A stretch of DNA of 63,999 bases, counting the filler, from an uncultured bacterium (GTDB lineage: Bacteria; CAZSTA01), in assembly GCA_964609495.1 (NCBI GenBank). It is 6 parts of 6 records of this genome, joined end to end, with 100 filler letters (N's around TTAATTAATTAA, not from the genome) between each part and the next. Parts side by side here need not be neighbours in the genome. Positions count along the whole stretch, not along the records: positions 11,741 to 23,298 come from CAZSTA010000112.1; positions 23,399 to 34,755 come from CAZSTA010000113.1; 4 more parts are not named here. One strand, given 5' to 3'. The translations under genes were made by a program, and so were the position numbers. The notes under the pieces are model-generated. The model was not told the DNA's origin. It saw only the letters and a list, made by a program, of their open reading frames with translations, and did not search any database. Shown in pieces: positions 18,841-29,612 of the stretch; positions within the stretch are counted from its first letter, which is position 1; the number at the start of each line of letters is the position of its first letter.

Positions 18841-20642
18841 TGTTCGCCTGGACTGGAAAGATCTTAAGAGTTGACCTTAGCTCGGGAAAGGTGAGCAAGG
18901 AGGATTTGAATAGGGAATGGGCTGAGGAGTTCATCGGTGCGAGGGGATTGGGTTCTAAGTATCTATTTGAGGAGATAGATCCCCAGGTTGATGCTCTCAG
19001 TCCTGATAATGAATTGATCTTCGCTACCGGTCCTTTAACTGGCACCTATGCAGTTACGGGGGGACGGTATAATGTGATAACTAAATCCCCTCTGACGGGG
19101 ACGATCGCGGCTTCTAACTCGGGAGGACACTTCGGACCAGAGCTTAAATATGCTGGTTATGATATGATCATCATCGAGGGGAAGGCGAAGGAGCCGGTCT
19201 ATCTGTGGATAAATGATGACAAGGTTGAGATACGGAGTGCCGAGGAGATATGGGGTAAGACTACCCATGAGGCTACCGATATGATCTTAGAGGAGACCGA
19301 CGAGGAGGCTAAGGTATCCTGTATAGGTCCTGCTGGGGAGAAGCTATCCTTCATATCCTGCGTGATAAATGATAAGCATCGGGGTGCTGGACGCTCAGGG
19401 GTAGGAGCGGTGATGGGCTCTAAGAACCTGAAGGCTGTAGCAGTGAGAGGAACTGGAGGCATTAAGGTAGCTGATAAAGATAGATTCCGAGAGACAGTCC
19501 TAGAGATTACCAGAGATAAGATCAAAACTAATGAGACTACCTCAGAGAATTTGCCAAAATATGGCACCGCAGTTATGGTCAATTTGATCAATGAAGAAGG
19601 AGTCTTCCCAGCTCGTAACTTCCAAACAGGATTATTCCCCACTGCGGATAATATCAGTGGAGAGACTTTAGCCGAGACGCTTTTGACGAGGAAGAAAGCC
19701 TGCTTTGCCTGTCCGATCGCCTGTGGTCGTGCCTCGCGTGTTGTCTCGGGGAAATATAAGGGACAAGGAGAAGGACCGGAGTATGAGACTATATGGGCGC
19801 TCGGAGCTGATTGCGGAGTCGATAACTTCGAAGCGGTTGCTAAGGCTAACTATCTGTGCAACGAGTTGGGCCTCGATCCTATCTCCCTGGGATCTACGAT
19901 CGCCTGCGCTATGGAATTATATGAGATGGGAGTTATAACTAAAAAGGATACCGGGGGATTGGAGTTCGAATTCGGTGATCCGGACGTAGTTATAGAGGCG
20001 GCTAGACTCGCTGGATATCGAGAAGGATTCGGTGATACCCTAGCTGATGGATCTTATAGATTAGGAGAAAAGTATGGACATCCCGAGCTCTCGATAAGCT
20101 CGAAGAAGCAGGAGTTCCCAGCTTACGATCCAAGGGGTATCCAGGGGCTCGGTCTCAATTTTGCAACCTCGAACCGCGGAGCTTGCCATGTTCGAGGATA
20201 TACCGTAGCTGACGAGGTCCTAGGTGATGTAGATCGGTTCACCACTGAGGGTAAGGCTCAACTCGCTATAGATTCCCAGAATCGGACTTCGGCTGTTGAT
20301 GCTGCTGGTATATGCTTATTCAGCACTTTTGCCATCGACGTTGAGGATATTTGCGCAATGATGAGTTCAGCTACAGGATTGGATTGGACGGTTGATTCCC
20401 TGCTCAAAGCGGGTGAGAGGATATGGAACTTGGAGAAGCTATTTAATCTAAAGGCCGGGTTGACCAAAGCTGATGATACTCTACCACCTAGAATGCTCGA
20501 GGAGGAGATGCCTGAGGGTCCCTCCAAAGGACACGTGGTTGGGCTTGAGGAGATGCTGACCGAATATTACAAGCTCCGAGGATGGGATGAGAAGGGAGTT
20601 CCTACTGAGGAGAAGTTGAAGGAGTTGAATTTAGTAGCTTAA
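18840..20642 (+). CDS. aor: Tungsten-dependent aldehyde:ferredoxin oxidoreductase
   Basis: [39 protein letters not shown]-like, YDPRG, RGACH motifs. Confidence 0.94.
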   Translation: MFAWTGKILRVDLSSGKVSKEDLNREWAEEFIGARGLGSKYLFEEIDPQVDALSPDNELIFATGPLTGTYAVTGGRYNVITKSPLTGTIAASNSGGHFGPELKYAGYDMIIIEGKAKEPVYLWINDDKVEIRSAEEIWGKTTHEATDMILEETDEEAKVSCIGPAGEKLSFISCVINDKHRGAGRSGVGAVMGSKNLKAVAVRGTGGIKVADKDRFRETVLEITRDKIKTNETTSENLPKYGTAVMVNLINEEGVFPARNFQTGLFPTADNISGETLAETLLTRKKACFACPIACGRASRVVSGKYKGQGEGPEYETIWALGADCGVDNFEAVAKANYLCNELGLDPISLGSTIACAMELYEMGVITKKDTGGLEFEFGDPDVVIEAARLAGYREGFGDTLADGSYRLGEKYGHPELSISSKKQEFPAYDPRGIQGLGLNFATSNRGACHVRGYTVADEVLGDVDRFTTEGKAQLAIDSQNRTSAVDAAGICLFSTFAIDVEDICAMMSSATGLDWTVDSLLKAGERIWNLEKLFNLKAGLTKADDTLPPRMLEEEMPEGPSKGHVVGLEEMLTEYYKLRGWDEKGVPTEEKLKELNLVA

Positions 20643-20649
20643 TATAATC

Positions 20650-20705
20650 TAGCACCTCATTCTCTCCCCCTTCTCCTCTGAGGAGAGGGTAGGGGATGAG
20701 GTGCA
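20650..20705. repeat. REP-like hairpin variant
   Basis: GCACCTCAT...CTTCTCCTCTGAGGAGAGGG...ATGAGGTGC. Confidence 0.55.
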
Positions 20706-20788
20706 ATATATATATAATTTTCAAACGCCAAAATGCACCTTTCTTGACGGATTTGATACCATAGCTTAAGAAGATGACACTGTAATGG

Positions 20789-22048
20789 GTGATGATTATG
20801 AAACAGGTGATAATAGGTAACTGTGCGGCCGGAGTCAGCGCCGCAGAGGTTATTAGAAGTGTTGATAGCCTTTGTGAAATTGTTATAATTTCCGATGAGG
20901 AATATTCTGCTTATTCTAGGGTTGCTACTCCCTATTATATAGCTAGTGAGATATCCGAGGATAATATCTTCTTTCACCAGAAGAGAGATTTTTATTCCGA
21001 ACTCAACCTCAAGCCTATGCTTGGTCGGAAGGTGGCTAAAGTAGAGCCTGATGAAAATAGAATAATCTTCACCGATGGAGAGGAACTATCTTACGATAAC
21101 TTATTAATCGCTACTGGAGCCTCGGCTAATATTCCCCCCATAAAGGGGATAGAGTTAGAAGGGGTATCGGTATTGCGCACTTTAGATGATGCTAAGAGGA
21201 TCGCGAAGCGAGCTGAAGCGGGCAGAAAAGCGGTGACTATCGGGGGAGGGTTGGTTAGCTCATCCTCCGCTAAAGCTCTGGTTCCGAGGGGATTGAGGGT
21301 TACAATGGTAGTTACTTCAAGTCAGATCCTATCACAGGTGATGGATCCAGAAGGAGCATCTATAATTCAGCGTCATCTGGAGAGCAAGGGGATCGAGATA
21401 ATAACTGGGGCTAATGTTACCGAGATAGTGGGGGATAAGGAAGTGGAAGGCGTTATCCTTGATAATGGAGATAAGATAGAATGTCAACTGGTGATCGTGG
21501 GTAAAGGAATGAGTCCTAATGTCGATCTGATAGAGGGAACTGAGATCGAGAAAGGTTATGGTGTCTTTGTCGATGAGCATCTGCGAACTAATATCCCTAA
21601 TATCTATGCGGCTGGTGATATATGCGAGGTGTATGATATATCACGAGGAGAAAGATATATAAGTGCCATCTGGCCTAACGCGGTTAAACAGGGAAAGATA
21701 GCAGGATATAATATGGCTGGGGAGGAGAGACGCTATGAGGGCGGAATAAGGATGAACGCGGGAGATTTTCTCGGTTTATCCGTGATATCTGTGGGAATCA
21801 CTAGGACTAGGAGGGACCCCTCTCTATCCACTCTAGAGGCGAGGAATAATGGTAGTTATCGAAAGGTGATATTGCGAGATAATCTTCTCGTGGGAGCAGT
21901 TCTTATCAGAGATATCAGAAGCGCGGGTTTTTTGCGCTCGCTGATCGAGAAGAGAGCGGATATATCGAGGATAAAGAAATCTCTGACCGATTTCAATTTC
22001 GGAGTTGCCAAAAGGTATAATTACATCTTAGGTGGAGTTCATAGCTAG
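20789..22048 (+). CDS. FAD/NAD(P)-dependent oxidoreductase (AorC / NirB-N / rubredoxin-reductase-like)
   Basis: IIGNCAAG, LLIATGA, IGGG, TNIPNIYAAGD motifs. Confidence 0.9.
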   Translation: MMIMKQVIIGNCAAGVSAAEVIRSVDSLCEIVIISDEEYSAYSRVATPYYIASEISEDNIFFHQKRDFYSELNLKPMLGRKVAKVEPDENRIIFTDGEELSYDNLLIATGASANIPPIKGIELEGVSVLRTLDDAKRIAKRAEAGRKAVTIGGGLVSSSSAKALVPRGLRVTMVVTSSQILSQVMDPEGASIIQRHLESKGIEIITGANVTEIVGDKEVEGVILDNGDKIECQLVIVGKGMSPNVDLIEGTEIEKGYGVFVDEHLRTNIPNIYAAGDICEVYDISRGERYISAIWPNAVKQGKIAGYNMAGEERRYEGGIRMNAGDFLGLSVISVGITRTRRDPSLSTLEARNNGSYRKVILRDNLLVGAVLIRDIRSAGFLRSLIEKRADISRIKKSLTDFNFGVAKRYNYILGGVHS

Positions 22049-22105
22049 TTGATTTTGCAATGATACAAAGAGAAGTTAATAGCTTTATAAAAGGAGAGGA
22101 GAGAG

Positions 22106-23298
22106 ATGATGGCAAAACTAGCTATAAATGGTGGGGAGCCAGTTAGGACCAAGAAGTTTCCAGATTGGCCTATTCATAATGAAAGAGAAGTGGAATTAAT
22201 CACTGAGGTAACCAGAAGTGGCAACTGGTCATTTAATGGTCCTAAGGAATTGGAGTTCGCCCAAAAATTCGCGGATTATTCGGGGGCTAAGTACGGGGAG
22301 TGCGTAGCCAACGGAACAACTGCGCTTGAGATCGCCATCAGAGCTTGCGGAGTGAAAGCGGGAGATGAGGTGATAGTCCCTGTGCTGACTTGGATAGCTA
22401 CCGCTAGCTCCGCCTTGATGATCAACGCGATCCCGGTCTTCGTTGATATCGATCCCGAAACTTACTGTATCGATCCCAACAAGATAGAGGAGGCGATCAC
22501 TGAAAAGACGAAGGTTATAATCCCAGTCCATCTCTACGGTTGTATGGCTGATATGGACAGCATAATGGAGATCGCCGAAAAGCATAATCTAGTGGTGATA
22601 GAGGATTGCTCTCATACTCATGGATCACGATGGAGAGATAGGGGAGCAGGCTCTATCGGAAATCTAGGGATCTTCAGCTTCCAGCAGAGCAAAGTTATGA
22701 CCTGTGGGGAAGGAGGTATCATCCTCACTAGCGATAAGAGATTGACGGATCTGTGTTTCTCCTATAAGAACTGTGGCCGACTGCGAAACGAGGAGGAGGG
22801 AGGAGAGCGGGTGTTAGGCTGGAACTATCGTATAACTGAGTTCCAAGCGGCTATATTACTCGCTCAATTGGAGAGATTAGACGAGCAGGTCGATAAGCGC
22901 AATAAGAACGCGACATATCTGTCGGAGAGGTTAGCTGAGATAGATGGCATTCTTCCAATGAAGAGAAATCCTAATATTACCAGGCAATCTTATTATTATT
23001 ATGTCTTCCGCTACCAAGCGGAGAAATTCGGAGGGAAACCGGTAACTCGCTTCCGCGAGGCTTTGAATGCTGAAGGGATCCCCTGTGGGGGAATCTATGA
23101 TCCAGTTAATAAGAGTCCTTTATTTGCCCCTGACCCTAGAGATTATCCTCTACCTCCGGAGGTCTTCAAATATCGAGAGATGAGCTTCCCGATGGCGGAG
23201 AAGGCTAGCTATGAGGAAGCAGTCCTGCTCTATCATCCGATTCTCCTAGGAGAAAAGGAGGATATGGATGATATAGTCGAGGCGGTTAAGAAGATCAG
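22106..23298 (+). CDS. DegT/DnrJ/EryC1/StrS PLP-dependent aminotransferase (last codons lost at the gap)
   Basis: NGTTAL, PVHLYG, IEDCSH, FSFQQSK, GEGG, GWNYR. Confidence 0.93.
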
Positions 23299-23398
23299 NN
23301 NNNNNNNNNNNNNNNNNNNNNNNNNNNNNNNNNNNNNNNNNNTTAATTAATTAANNNNNNNNNNNNNNNNNNNNNNNNNNNNNNNNNNNNNNNNNNNN
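23299..23398. other. Artificial contig linker
   Basis: N44-TTAATTAATTAA-N44. Confidence 0.98.
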
Positions 23399-23512
23399 GG
23401 GATAGGGTGAGGGGGAGAATCATATTCCCCAGCACAAAGTTTTACATGCTTCGGTTAAGAAAGCATATAAAAGAGATTGTGGGTCCGAAGAACAAGATGA
23501 AATTTAAAACCG

Positions 23513-25963
23513 CTACTCCGAATAAGTCAGCCTCACCTCATAGTTCCCCTCGGTTAGTCCAGCAAAATAAATATATCCATCTTCACCCTTTCTTATCTTA
23601 ACAGTCTCCGTCTCCTCATCTACCTCTAAGCCATTCAATTCCAGCCTATAAGGCTTATCCTTAAGCTTAGGCACTGCCAGGGTGGTTTTTAACTCAGTGG
23701 GGACAGTAACTTCCATCCTAAAGGATTTATCCTCTTCTCCTCTCTCCCAGGATACCTCGATATCTCCTTTAGGAGTGGGAACTTTCCCCTTAGCCCATCT
23801 CAAATCCCCAACTCGAGGCTTTACCTCAAATTCGTTGAAGCCCGCTCTAGTAGGTATCACCCCTAAAACCCATTTGGGGAGGAGATAAGTAGGGCCTGCA
23901 GACCAGCCATGACAATAGCTCACTATCATTTGATCGAGGTAGGCAAAGGGAACAGTTACCTCGGAGGTCTGGCGATCGAACATCTCCCAAGTGGTAGTAG
24001 CTCCCCTTCTCATCATCTCTCCCCAATAATCTCGGATGAGATTTAACGCTTGAGTATCCTCCTTCTCCCCAAAGAGGAACTCTAAAATCATAGAATTAAA
24101 GAAGGGGGTCGAGGTGGGAGTTACCTTTTCCTCATCATAGATATAGTTGTGGATTCCAGACCATTTAGATTCCTCGGCGATGTTGTAGGCTATAGCTAAA
24201 GCATTAGTCTGTTGAGTCACGTGATTGCTCATCCCCTCCGAAGTGCGACAATCGACATATACTCCCAATTCCTCACTCCACAGGCGATCGTTGATAGCCC
24301 TCTTAACCTTATCAGCGGTGCTATCCCACTCCTTTGCCCTTTCTGATTCGCCCAATGCCTCGGCCATCCTCGCCGCACATCTTAGAGCTTCATAATATAG
24401 GCAATTCAAGGCGGTAACCTCATCCCGTTTGTCGATCTCAGCCCAATCGATGAAGCACCACCATCCCTCTCTATCCGCATTCCCTATTAATCCGTTCTCA
24501 TCTAAGTTGGAAGCGAACCAATCCATAACTCCACCTAGGTTGGGATATAACTCGGCTACCAGCCCAGAATCTCCGCTGTAGTTGTAGTAGTCATTGAGAA
24601 TTATCACCCAATAGGCACAGAAATCGGGCAGAAGATGACGATTTGCCTGAGGACCAGTTCCAGGTAACGCTCCATCCTCCCGCTGAATCCTAGCGATCTG
24701 ACGCAGGCACTTAGCAACTATCCGGATATCTCCAAAAGCGTAATAGTCTGCTAAGCTCATCACTCGCATATCTCCCACCCACAGGGCTCTTTCCCTCCAG
24801 ATAGAATCCTCATAATGATCCTGCGTTCCCAACAGAGTAGAGTATCTTCCCAACTGCCAGATATTGTCTAACTGCTCATCTGAACAGGAAAAATCACCTC
24901 TATACTCATAAGGATAGTGGATGAGATCTAAGGTTATAGATTCGACGAGAACTGGCTTGGGACAAGCATGGAAAGTGACCTGAAGATAGCGGAAAGCTCG
25001 CCGATCATAAGGCGACCATTCGGTGCTACCCGATCTCAAGACCAAGCGATCTACCGGTTTGGAGTAAAGGTCGAGCGATTCCCCATAGGAGAGCATAACG
25101 ATCCCTTCCTCAGCATCTCTGATCTTCAACCTTATATATCCCACCACCTCTCGGCCAAAGTCCAATACTAGGGAAGGAAATGATCCAGGGCGAGTCGCAT
25201 CTATTACCGCACAGCTTTCATTATCGGTTAACAGATTTTGGGTATAGCCGATCTTGCCTAAGTTATCATCGATTCTGAATACGCTCGCCGGTAGAATCTC
25301 GGTTGTTTGAAGGAATGGGATCTCTCGAGGTATAAGATTAGTCCAGGGCTCGACTGGAGGTGTCCCTAGAACCTCTGGTGCTAACCAATGGGAATCATCA
25401 TATCCAGCCTCTTGCCATCCATATTCCTCCTTCCCAGCATAATAAAGCTCCCTATATCCAACCCAATTATTAAGTCGGGGGGTATTCTGATACCAGGAGG
25501 GAGATTGAAGTAGCTTCCAACTCTCATCCGATAATATCTCCATAGCCTCCCCATTAGCTAGCTCTATCTCTCCTTGAAAGAGAAATCCGCCCCTTCCCTG
25601 AGTCTGATCGATCACGCTCTCCGTGCCTTCCCCATAGTTATAACAGATAAGAGAGATAACGTTCTCTCCCTTCTTAAGATATGGAGCTAGATCGTATTCA
25701 TCGTAATATTGCCAATGCGGATCGCAAGGAGAGGGACCGCGCCCGAGGTATTCGCCGTTCACATAGAGCTTATACTGATTACAAGCGGTGCAGTAGGCCT
25801 TAGCGCTTCTTAGATCAGCCTCTATATCTATCGTCTTCCGTCCATATAGATAAAAATTTTTCATATTATCCTTTTCAAGATGCCAAGTCCATTTTGCTTT
25901 CCATTTGTCCTTTTCAGGATGCCAAATCCATTTCGCCTTCCATTCGACTTCTCTAGGATTCAT
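23513..25963 (-). CDS. GH78 alpha-L-rhamnosidase family protein
   Basis: KWIW, LYVNG, DFGREVVG, D..RER..W.GD, GATTTWE, SYCHGWSAGP, TPKGDI motifs. Confidence 0.9.
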   Translation of the reverse strand: MNPREVEWKAKWIWHPEKDKWKAKWTWHLEKDNMKNFYLYGRKTIDIEADLRSAKAYCTACNQYKLYVNGEYLGRGPSPCDPHWQYYDEYDLAPYLKKGENVISLICYNYGEGTESVIDQTQGRGGFLFQGEIELANGEAMEILSDESWKLLQSPSWYQNTPRLNNWVGYRELYYAGKEEYGWQEAGYDDSHWLAPEVLGTPPVEPWTNLIPREIPFLQTTEILPASVFRIDDNLGKIGYTQNLLTDNESCAVIDATRPGSFPSLVLDFGREVVGYIRLKIRDAEEGIVMLSYGESLDLYSKPVDRLVLRSGSTEWSPYDRRAFRYLQVTFHACPKPVLVESITLDLIHYPYEYRGDFSCSDEQLDNIWQLGRYSTLLGTQDHYEDSIWRERALWVGDMRVMSLADYYAFGDIRIVAKCLRQIARIQREDGALPGTGPQANRHLLPDFCAYWVIILNDYYNYSGDSGLVAELYPNLGGVMDWFASNLDENGLIGNADREGWWCFIDWAEIDKRDEVTALNCLYYEALRCAARMAEALGESERAKEWDSTADKVKRAINDRLWSEELGVYVDCRTSEGMSNHVTQQTNALAIAYNIAEESKWSGIHNYIYDEEKVTPTSTPFFNSMILEFLFGEKEDTQALNLIRDYWGEMMRRGATTTWEMFDRQTSEVTVPFAYLDQMIVSYCHGWSAGPTYLLPKWVLGVIPTRAGFNEFEVKPRVGDLRWAKGKVPTPKGDIEVSWERGEEDKSFRMEVTVPTELKTTLAVPKLKDKPYRLELNGLEVDEETETVKIRKGEDGYIYFAGLTEGNYEVRLTYSE

Positions 25964-26053
25964 TAATAAATACCTCCTTTAACCATGATTCTATTAAGAA
26001 TATGGCTTGAAGTTCAGGGATCTTCAACCACATTCCTACAAAATTGGACAATA

Positions 26054-27379
26054 TTAACTAAATTGTGGCAACCACTCAGCTTCAGCCTCAAATAGCTCAT
26101 CGACCATCGAGTGGACTTCATCAATGCTACAAACAGCCGCAGTGAGAGGATCTTGGAGAACCGCTTGGAATACCATCTCTTTGTCTCCCTCGAGTCCACC
26201 TATAACCGCCAGCTCTTGCACCGAGGAGTTGCTTCGGCACAGAGCCGCACATTGAGGTGGCAGATCGCCAACGTAGCATGGATGTATCCCCAGCCTATCA
26301 ACGAAACAGGGAACTTCAACACAGGAATCCTCCTGCATATTGGTAATTAGACCGGTGTTACGAACATTGCCGTTGATGCGAGTAATACGACCGGTGACCT
26401 TGGCTTCTATTATATAAGAGCAGTATTCAGTTGATCTTGGAAGAAGCTTCGAGGGTTCTTCTGAGGATATCATTTTATTTATCTCCTCAAGATAGTGCTT
26501 GAGCGCTTCTTCACACATAGTGAGATATTCTCGGGTTTTACCAGTAAAGTCTCTTTTACCAGAGCCTTCGAACTCCTTCATTATATCGCCCTTGCGATAC
26601 CAGGGGATATACTCCGAAAGATGACCGCTTGATTCAGTCATAAAGTAGCCAAAGTTTTTAAACATATGATATCTAAGCTTTTCATTACCTTCGGCGATTT
26701 TATCGGGGGATTCTTCGGCAAATTTGCGGATAAGAGGATAAGCATCCCGGCCCTTCCACCTATATTCTAAGAACCACGCCATATGATTGATCCCAGCACA
26801 CCAGTAATCGATATCCTTCATATCAGCGCCTATATGTGAGGCTAACATTTCCGCGGTGTGCTGAACTCCATGGCATAATCCCACGAAGTTAGCTTTAGAG
26901 CTTTTGAAGACAGCCCAGGTATTCATCGCCATTGGATTGGAGTAGTTCAAGATGATAGCATCCTCTGGACAAGTCTCCTCAACATCCTTTGCCATGGAGA
27001 TAAGCGCTGGGAAGGTGCGCAATCCTCTGAATATCCCTCCTGGGCAAAGGGTATCGCCTACACACTGATCAACTCCATACTTCATCGGGATCTCATAGTC
27101 CAGACGATAAGCATCAAGACCGCCAACCTGGATCACTATAACAACGAAGTTCGAGTCCTTGATCGCCTCCCTTTGGCTGGTGGTGGCTTTTATAGTGGCC
27201 GGAAGTTTCTCATCCTTGATCAGCTTTTTGGCAAGCCTCTCCGCTAGGGATAGACGCTCTGGATCGATATCCATCAGATGGAAGGTGCTATCCTGTAATT
27301 CTGGCACGCTTAGTATATCGTTCATCAAGCGCCGCATAAATACTACTGAACCAGCTCCAAGCATCGCTATTTTCGTCAT
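26054..27379 (-). CDS. melA: GH4 NAD+/Mn-dependent alpha-galactosidase/alpha-glucosidase
   Basis: GAGSVVF, NYSNPM, GLCH, AGINH, TESSGH.SEY.PW motifs. Confidence 0.88.
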   Translation of the reverse strand: MTKIAMLGAGSVVFMRRLMNDILSVPELQDSTFHLMDIDPERLSLAERLAKKLIKDEKLPATIKATTSQREAIKDSNFVVIVIQVGGLDAYRLDYEIPMKYGVDQCVGDTLCPGGIFRGLRTFPALISMAKDVEETCPEDAIILNYSNPMAMNTWAVFKSSKANFVGLCHGVQHTAEMLASHIGADMKDIDYWCAGINHMAWFLEYRWKGRDAYPLIRKFAEESPDKIAEGNEKLRYHMFKNFGYFMTESSGHLSEYIPWYRKGDIMKEFEGSGKRDFTGKTREYLTMCEEALKHYLEEINKMISSEEPSKLLPRSTEYCSYIIEAKVTGRITRINGNVRNTGLITNMQEDSCVEVPCFVDRLGIHPCYVGDLPPQCAALCRSNSSVQELAVIGGLEGDKEMVFQAVLQDPLTAAVCSIDEVHSMVDELFEAEAEWLPQFS

Positions 27380-27467
27380 AGATGTTTCTCCCTTCTCCTA
27401 TTAGACTTTAATTACTGTAGAACGACGATATAGAGATCATCGCCTTCACTCAGATGAACACATCACC

Positions 27468-27496
27468 AGTATAACAAAATTAAAGCTCAGTGTCAA
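27468..27496 (-). promoter_or_regulatory. Sigma70 promoter for the GH4-GH78 operon
   Basis: TTGACA-17bp-TATACT on the minus strand. Confidence 0.78.
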
Positions 27497-27507
27497 ATGA
27501 TGGGAGT

Positions 27508-27537
27508 AAAAAAACTCCTCGGGAGATGAGGAGTTTT
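27508..27537 (-). terminator. Intrinsic terminator after the Rrf2 gene
   Basis: AAAACTCCTC/GAGGAGTTTT hairpin with a T7 run on the minus strand. Confidence 0.75.
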
Positions 27538-27660
27538 AAGTGCTGTTTTAATCAGTTCAGAAAAGTTTCTTGGTGTTTTATCCGAGATATTCGAGATCAA
27601 ATTATGCCTTGAACTCACGATTGGAAAACTAGAGATAGCAAATCATTTACTTGATCCTAC

Positions 27661-28116
27661 TTAAATATAGAATGTATATGAGTGATCTAACTCCTCTCCT
27701 TTTCTCAACTCTCGATCCTCTTTACAGAGATCTTCCAGAGTGGTAGAGTCTAAAACTTCAGCTATCTTATCTCTAACTTTCATCCACAAGAGCCTCGCTA
27801 CACAAATATCGGCTCTCTTACACTCGCCGTCCATATCCACGCAATAAACTGGAGCTATAGATCCTTCTACAACTCTAATGATATCTCCTATCCTGATATC
27901 GGAGGGAGGCTTATTCAAAAGATATCCTCCATTAGGTCCTCGCACACTGGTGATAAGACCAGCTCGACGCAATTTAACAAATAGTTGCTCGATATAGTGC
28001 AAGGAGATTTCTTGCCTCTCTGCTATGCTTTTAATGGATATAGGGCCTTGCCCATAATGGAGAGCTAAATCCAACATCCCTCGGACTCCATATCTTCCTT
28101 TAGTAGATAATCTCAA
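27661..28116 (-). CDS. Rrf2-family regulator (IscR/CymR-like, three Cys)
   Basis: MRLSTKGRYG, SVRGPNGGY, C-x6-C-x5-C. Confidence 0.93.
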   Translation of the reverse strand: MRLSTKGRYGVRGMLDLALHYGQGPISIKSIAERQEISLHYIEQLFVKLRRAGLITSVRGPNGGYLLNKPPSDIRIGDIIRVVEGSIAPVYCVDMDGECKRADICVARLLWMKVRDKIAEVLDSTTLEDLCKEDRELRKGEELDHSYTFYI

Positions 28117-28260
28117 TTTGCACCATCTCCTTAAAATACATAGTGTTCCTTGACAAATAGATTATGGAATTCCCCTCTCTACCAGATGAGGTAGAAAAGG
28201 GAACTTTTTTACCTTGAGTTTTGTTCGAGGCAAAAGTTCCCTTTTGAGAGAGGAAACTGT

Positions 28261-29463
28261 TTATCTCTCGATCGGTCTGATCTTCATCGGCTTGAACTTT
28301 ATTCCTGAATCGACCGAAGGAATAAGCTTCACTGGCTCACATAGGAGGAATTCCCCACTCTGAATCCACTCCTTTAATGTACTAGCTATCTCCCTAGCTT
28401 TGGGATAACTGGAGAGAGAAGCAGTGGGGACTTCCTTGCCCTGAATCGTTATCTTTCCGCTCTTGAGTTGCCTATAATTCGCCTCTCCTAAACTTTCGGA
28501 GATGCCCTGCGGATAAGCATTGCTATAGTCTGTGATCTGAGCATATATATCCTCGTCCTTAACCGCAACATACTTCACCATCTCCTCATCGAGGATCGGG
28601 ATCGGTATCCCCAGCCCTACAGTTAAAGTTACCCCATATCCTAGATAGCTAGTTCCTACCAGCCACTCGGGCTTCATCTGTTTCATATCACCAATTACCG
28701 CTATTGTTCCCGCCGAAGAGATCGGAACACCATTTTCCCCTCTCTCAGCGGTGGGATTATGCTGAGTGCCTTGCCAAGTTACATATCCTACTCCTCCACC
28801 TAAAAATATCTTGGTCCCCAAGCCGATACTACGATAAAAGGGATCATTCAGAAGGGGAGAAAGTTGTCCAGCGGTAGAATAGTTAGCGTTTCCCAAATTC
28901 GACTTTAGGATTCCCATATAGGTATAGATAGTCTTATCCGATAGGTTGACAGCTACATCGTAGTTCTGATAGCAGTTCCGCGGGTTATAGAGGATGGCCT
29001 CATTTAGATCCTTGATGTTAATCCAGGTCTCTAGTTCCTTGCGCGGGTAACAATCAGTTCCATAAGCGATAGCCTTCAACCTGATATCCTTGCCTGCTAC
29101 CAGATCCTGGATTACGTGTCCTCCTCCATACCTGAACTCTCCAGGGAAGATCTTATTAGCAGGATCGCCCTCCTGAAGCTCCCCTGCTCCGATATAGACA
29201 TCAACCGCGGCTATTCCAGAATAAGCACCCACATCATTCAACCAAGCCTTCTGAATCTTGATCTTTGGCTTAGGGTGTCCTACATTCAGGAAAGCCCCCG
29301 AAGAGCACATTGGCCCAAAGGTGCCAGTGGTAACTACATCCACCTCCTCGGCAGCTTTCTTCGTCCCCTTCTCCTCGACGATATCTATGATCTCCTCGGC
29401 GGTAACTACAACAGCTTCGCCCTTTCTGACTTTCTCATTTATCTCAGCGTAAGTTTTTGCCAC
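28261..29463 (-). CDS. DUF39 homocysteine biosynthesis enzyme (L-aspartate semialdehyde sulfurtransferase, MA1821-like, no CBS domains)
   Basis: KTY.EINEK..KGEAVV.TAEE, VDVVTTGTFGPMCSSG, YGGGHVI, GQLSPLLNDP motifs. Confidence 0.9.
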   Translation of the reverse strand: MAKTYAEINEKVRKGEAVVVTAEEIIDIVEEKGTKKAAEEVDVVTTGTFGPMCSSGAFLNVGHPKPKIKIQKAWLNDVGAYSGIAAVDVYIGAGELQEGDPANKIFPGEFRYGGGHVIQDLVAGKDIRLKAIAYGTDCYPRKELETWINIKDLNEAILYNPRNCYQNYDVAVNLSDKTIYTYMGILKSNLGNANYSTAGQLSPLLNDPFYRSIGLGTKIFLGGGVGYVTWQGTQHNPTAERGENGVPISSAGTIAVIGDMKQMKPEWLVGTSYLGYGVTLTVGLGIPIPILDEEMVKYVAVKDEDIYAQITDYSNAYPQGISESLGEANYRQLKSGKITIQGKEVPTASLSSYPKAREIASTLKEWIQSGEFLLCEPVKLIPSVDSGIKFKPMKIRPIER

Positions 29464-29612
29464 TGCCCAATGCCTCCTTAAAAATAAGTGATTTACCTGC
29501 TTTTTTAACTTTACCTACCCTTTTAACCCTTAAGCGGCACATATCACTTACATCCATAGAGAACCACCCCCTTAAACTAGCATTCAATATTGGAAAGAGA
29601 AACGATCCCCAT

